From Psammoneis japonica (Eukaryota), in assembly GCA_008632985.1 (NCBI GenBank), contig QPGO01000255.1, forward strand, positions 62,001-88,603: 26,603 nt of DNA. Reading direction: 5' to 3'. Every line of letters begins with the position of its first letter. Position 1 is the first letter of the stretch. A model generated the notes under the pieces. It worked only from the letters and a program-made list of their open reading frames with translations. It searched no databases and had not been told where the DNA came from. Position numbers and translations under genes: made by a program. Below are positions 21,783 through 26,603 of this stretch, in pieces.

Positions 21783-22011
21783 GCAATCAAATCACAAGTC
21801 GAGGCATGCAATTGTTTGTGCCACACTGAAGGGCGACCAAAGCCCCCCAAGAAGCCATGCCAGTGCATCAAGCACTTCACAACAACAACAGAAAAGACTC
21901 CCCACAAAAAAAAAGTTGACCCCTCTGTGTCTGCCATGGTGAGATGCATCAAAGTGTGTCAACATCAACAGGTGCCGTTTTGTGCAAAATCTGGAACAGT
22001 CCAGTTGAGTC
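21783..22011 (+). mobile_element. Mutated relic homologous to the right subterminal region (11519-11732) of the TIR element
   Basis: Collinear matches including ACCAAAGCCCCCCA, TGCCATGGYGAGATGCATCAAAGT, TGCAAAATC and GTTGAGTC. Confidence 0.85.
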
Positions 22012-23383
22012 ATTTGCTTCTTGGATGAAGGTCAGATGATGTCCATGAGCCACCCTCATTTTTAAAGGCTGCGGCTTCTTATGTGAGATCTTTTGCAAGT
22101 GAAGCTGCTGCACGGCTTCCTGCATGAGACCTTTTGTGCACACATGGAACTTTGCTCAACTTGCGATCAGCAAAACTTCATCCAACAGCCAAAGCAGAGC
22201 GAGTGCACAATTGTCAGAAACTGGCAGAGAGATGCATCATGTTGTTTTTTGCAGTGTGCAGCCAACACCTTGTGAGCACAAGTCAAGTGCTCACTTGACG
22301 CCAAACCAGCAAGCCCTTCAGGAGGAGTGGGGCCATCGAGTGCAGGCTCAGTTTGAGGCAGGCTCAGTTTCAGTTTTGCGAAGATCTCTGCAAGATCCCA
22401 ACACCAGCTGCAAGGAGAAAGATTGCAAGGAGCAAGCCAAGGTGCGCAGAAGCATTCATGAAAAAGCTTTTTATCAAGAAGAGCAAGCCACAGAGCAAGC
22501 AGAGTGAAACCACGAAAACCAGCTGTTCCTCAACTTTGTGAAAGAATTTTGCAAGAGCAATGCGTGCAACAACAGTGATTTCAACAGCTGCCTTCGTGCC
22601 TTTGCAGCTGCCAGCATGGCTCCTTCTGATGGCAATGATGTTGGCTGTGAGTTCATCTTGTTGACTGTTTTTGGTGTTTTGCAGCAACCCAATTTCTGAC
22701 AACACAAATTGCTTCTGCAATCTGCTTCTCAGAATTGGCGGATGAATGCATGAAGATGATGTGGGTGACGATGCAGCTCACTGTGTGGAAGGTGAAGAAA
22801 AGTGTTGCAACCGTTTGATGGATTTTGTTGCCTGCATTGATCATGTTGCCACCAACCTCAACCAAGACACTGGGTTGCAGTTGAAGTGCTGTTCTCTTGC
22901 TTGCTTGAACAGAGACACAGCTTTCATTCAGAGAGGGCTCATTCTCAGAAGTTGTGTTTTTGCCCCCCAGTCTTTCAAAGCTTGACCACATTCCTGTCAA
23001 AAGTTGACAGCTCCATGTGACACTCTCTTTCCCTCTCATGCAAATCATCATCATCAGCTTTGTTGTCATTCATGGGAACATGAGTGAGTCTGGTTTGTCT
23101 GTTGAAAAAGTCTGCAGAAGCCATCCGACATCAGACCTTTGACTCCATGTCTCTTTGTGGACGATTTCAGAAACTCGGCCTGTTCCACCACTTCAGACAC
23201 ACACGTGGCATCAATTGTTTGCTGTGAACAAAGGGCTGCCTGAATGGCTTTGAGGCATGCAAACCAAAGCTCATCTTTTGGCAATGGCACAACCAATGCA
23301 ATGCATTGGAGTGCATCCATTGAATCTTTTCACAACCCCACACCATCAAAGTTCACTTGTGCCGCTGCCCCCCAAGATGACTG

Positions 23384-23920
23384 GGACATGGCTTCTGTGT
23401 CACAGCACGCTGAAGAGCAATGCAAATCTTCACCACTGAGAAAAGTGCTTTGTCAGCCTTGTTCTGTCTTCTTGGTTGCAAATGTGGCTGCACTGTGTCC
23501 TCCAATGCCATTGCCAAAGGAGGTGGTCACCAAGTTCTTCCCTTCATCCTGCAACTGCATGACAGAACAAGTGCACAACCACGGTGATTTTGTTTGTGAA
23601 CAACAATGCATCCTCCTGCAGCAACTCTGTGGTGTTGGTGAGCCTGCTGCCCCCATGAGATGAGGACATGGCTTCCATGTGGCACTTGTTGTGCTGAAGA
23701 GCAATGCAAAAAATCTCAACCACCATGCATTGCGCTTTGGCAGCCTTGTTCTTTTCAGGCGCAAACATGTCAGCACTGTGCCCTCCAATGCCGTTGCCAA
23801 AGGAGGTGGTTGCCAACCAAGTTCTTTTCTTTCTCCTTGTGCTGCATGACAGAGCAAGTGCACGGCAGCAGCGACTTTGTTTGTGAACAGAAGCATTCCC
23901 TCCTGCAGCAACTCTGTGGC
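23384..23920. repeat. Diverged tandem duplication, ~280-287-bp period
   Basis: GGACATGGCTTC, GCTGAAGAGCAATGCAAA, TTGCCAAAGGAGGTGGT, CTGCATGACAGA.CAAGTGCAC and CTCCTGCAGCAACTCTGTGG each occur twice in the same order. Confidence 0.9.
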
Positions 23921-24099
23921 ATCTGCAAACTGTCGAATGTTGCAAAACAAGAAAATGCGCACAATGGCAGAACCCTGGGAGCAGAAAAACAGAGTGTCTT
24001 TCTTCCGAACTTTTTGCAAATTGCTCTGAATGATTTCCATGCCAGCACTGCTGAAACCCACTTGCATCAAGGACCCGATGCAACTGACGGCAGACATCA

Positions 24100-25470
24100 G
24101 AAACAAACCAAGCGCAGGGAAAGATGGAAGTGTGAGTTTAAAATGTCATTCCACCTGAAGTGATTCCACAACTGCGCAAACTGCAACTTGCGTTTCCATT
24201 CTTTTCAATGCTTCCTTTGTCCAGCACAAGTTCTTTGTCAACAATTGATCTTCTTTGTTTGCAAAGTCTTTGCAATGCACACTGCTCTGACAACCCAGTG
24301 GGTCATCTGCAAGCATCCCGGGCAATTGAGTCATTTGCTCAATGGGAGTCACAGCCAGTGTCATGACCAGACCCACAAATGCTGTGACTCAAAAGAGCCA
24401 AATGAGCAAAACACAAATGGTGGTCAGGAGTTTCACAAGAGCAGCATCACAAATGCACTCACAGTTGGTGAAGCAGCCTGTGGCAGTTCCGCTGTAGATT
24501 GGACTGTCCTTGTTGCCCTTGACTGCAATGTGGAAGAGCTCCCAGTCCCCAGGAATTCACAGACCATGCTTGGCACTTGTTTGCACAAACCAGGCACAGA
24601 GCTTGTAAGAGCAGCATTGAGAGCCTGATTGCAAACCCTCCAATGGCCATTTGACCATGAAGGACAATCATCATGGACAGCCACGTGGTGTCATTTCTCA
24701 GAACAGGCAAAGAATGGCGATGCATTGTCCCATCAATTCACGCATGGTGCCACCAACTTGAGACTCTTGCATCTTGGCATCAAGATTTTGACAAGCCCTT
24801 CTTGACATTGTGCTGGTGCTTCCAGAAAGTTTCTTTTGAACAGAGCCATCAGCAAATTTGCTTGCCGCATGAGCCAACGGATCATTCCTGGAAGCTGTGT
24901 CCTGCACGTTCTCAGGAAGATTGGTGGCAGCAATTTCTTTTCTTCGTTTGGCAACACACCAATGTGAATCAAAAATGACACCACAAAGCCCTTGAAGCCC
25001 TTTTGTTGCATTCTGGTGTGTTGCTTGGCTTGAATGGTCAAAATGGCTCCCAGGGCCAAGATGTTCCATGCATCGGCACTCCCAATCCTTTTGGCGGCAA
25101 CAACTTTCTTTGGGCTCCTTCTGCTTCATTCCAAGTTTGTTGTGAAAAGGCTTTCATCTTCTCACAGCAACACATTGGTTTGAGCCATTGGAACATTGAA
25201 TGTGCCACAGACACCTTGACACAAGCAGTGCCAGGTTTTGACATGCAGCTCTTTCTCCCAAACACGTCCACAAGCAGAATTCCATCCCATGTGATTTGGT
25301 GCATCACAGCAAGAGGCTCAAAATGAGCAGTTCCTGAGTCTTGGTTGTTCCAACTAGAATGACATCCATCTTGACAATCTGATTTTTGTGACAAAGCATG
25401 GTCGCTGGTGCCATCCAATGCCACTGCAAAATCCTTGGACTTGAGTGCATCAAACATTGACAATGTGATG
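24100..25470 (-). mobile_element. Possible hAT-like transposase relic
   Basis: Weak motif resemblance only: FAVALDGTSD (~25401-25430, like the first catalytic Asp motif) and LKLVAPCVN*WD (~24727-24762, like the xRW motif if the TGA derives from CGA). Confidence 0.3.
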
Positions 25471-25924
25471 TAAAATCCAGCTCATGCGTGACCTGCTGAT
25501 TTGCCCTGTTGTTCCTTGGGTGTCCACATGGTGAAATCAAAAGCAGAATGAGCTGCGCCCTCATGCAGAGCACTTTGCCACCACTGCAAGTCTTCCTTGG
25601 CCCACACCACCGTCAATGTGCCACCAACAATGGGCTCTCAGCTGGCTTGCTGCTGCAACTGACTTGAGTCTTCTCTCTTTGCTGCATGCTTTGCTTCTTC
25701 TTCATCATCAATGATGGTGGCTTCATCCACAATCTGCTTTGCAGGTGAGGTCACAATTGCCCTGAATTTATGAGCATCATCCCAAGCACCTTCTCTGTTG
25801 AATGTCCACTGATGAATGACAAATTTTGGCTGGCTGAAAACATGCTTGTTGATTCACTGTTTCACTTGCAAAGAGGAATGAGGTTGTGCATTGCTTGGGT
25901 GGGAGAGGGCAACGCATTCTGCCT

Positions 25925-26603
25925 TGAATGACAAAAATGACATGTCCAGCATGAGACTTGACAGATGCACAAGATCCTGTCTGTCCTCAACAGAGCAGAG
26001 TCTCACAAAATTGGCATCAACACGCCAGCCGATTTGTTGATCTGTGGCAGGGACTGGGATGAGCCCTTTGTCAGCTGCGCCATTCAAGTGTTGAAGAGTG
26101 TGTTTGACAGTGACAGCGTGGGAGGCCTTGAGAAGTGCAGGAGAACCAAGTGACTTGATGGGTGGTGCAAGCGATGTCAAGATGGCTGTCAGACACTGGA
26201 TGCTGCGTCAATGTGCCAACCACAGATCGGCAGTTGCAAGGTTTGTTGTTGCAGACTGGCAGCATTGGGACAATCTAACGGATGTCTGGGACAGATGACA
26301 ATCGTGTGCCAGATGAGAAAGAAAGTGGGCAAAGGAGAGATCATTGGATCTCTCCATGCTGTCCATGCCAGTCTGTCTGACACAAGGGAGTGCACTCCCC
26401 ATCTCGGATGTCTGTCATGCCAAGAGATGGGCCTTCTGTGTCACTGCCAACAGAACCAGAAAGTGCAGGAGTGGGAGCTCCATTGCAGTTTTCCATCATG
26501 GCTGCACAAAGAACTTTCTCAATGAGGCCAGTCTGGGTGAGCAGGAATTGGTCATTTTCCAGCTTCTGGATCTTGACACACAAGAAGTTGCCGACTTCAC
26601 CTT
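25925..26603 (-). mobile_element. Degenerate Ty1/Copia LTR retrotransposon pol fragments (RT C-terminal half and start of RNase H)
   Basis: GEVGNFLCVKI...LLTQTGLIEKVL..MENCNGAPTP; CRSVVG..L...SHLDIACTTHQV; KASHAVTVKHTLQHLNGAADKGLI; VDANF..LCSVED.QD; and, after a frameshift, SVKSHAGHVIF. Confidence 0.88.

Larger units (their letters stand above)
16720..26603. other. TpA- and CpG-depleted domain 2 (TG/CA-rich transposon graveyard)
   Basis: About 30 TA dinucleotides in ~9.9 kb by eye. CG is also scarce from ~18 kb onward. Translations are almost Tyr-free and rich in Cys/His/Gln. Confidence 0.93.

Noticed and set aside
16867..26583. Dozens of overlapping 60-320-aa ORFs on both strands, rich in Cys/His
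   Set aside because: Loss of TA removes TAA and TAG stops and creates Cys/His codons, which inflates spurious ORFs. They are not treated as genes or metal-binding proteins.
16720..26603. Classical fungal RIP or plain CpG methylation decay as the full explanation
   Set aside because: RIP increases TpA, and CpG decay does not remove TpA. Domain 1 loses TpA while keeping CpG.

Overview
Eukaryotic, diatom-like genomic DNA. This assignment is inferred from gene style, short GT-AG introns with CTCAC/CTAAT branch points, and Copia and CRE-like retroelements; it is not proven. The left end holds a 5'-truncated gene with seven 156-bp coding repeats and an intact DPH2 gene. Next come a stop-interrupted, internally triplicated membrane-protein gene (4.7-8.4 kb), T/G-rich repeats interrupted by a 1.9-kb non-autonomous TIR element (25-bp TIRs, CCCG target duplication), and several decayed gene fragments. 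The last ~10 kb is a graveyard of transposon relics (CRE-like non-LTR RT, Ty1/Copia RT-RNaseH, possibly hAT). The most striking signal is two sharply bounded domains (~4.4-8.4 kb and ~16.7-26.6 kb) that have lost almost all TpA dinucleotides. Paired copies inside the window and conserved Tyr residues turned into Cys/His point to directional TpA->TpG/CpA mutation, apparently favouring TAY. In the first domain this occurs without CpG loss. The pattern resembles a repeat-targeted A-to-G hypermutation system running opposite to fungal RIP. All dinucleotide counts are by eye and approximate.
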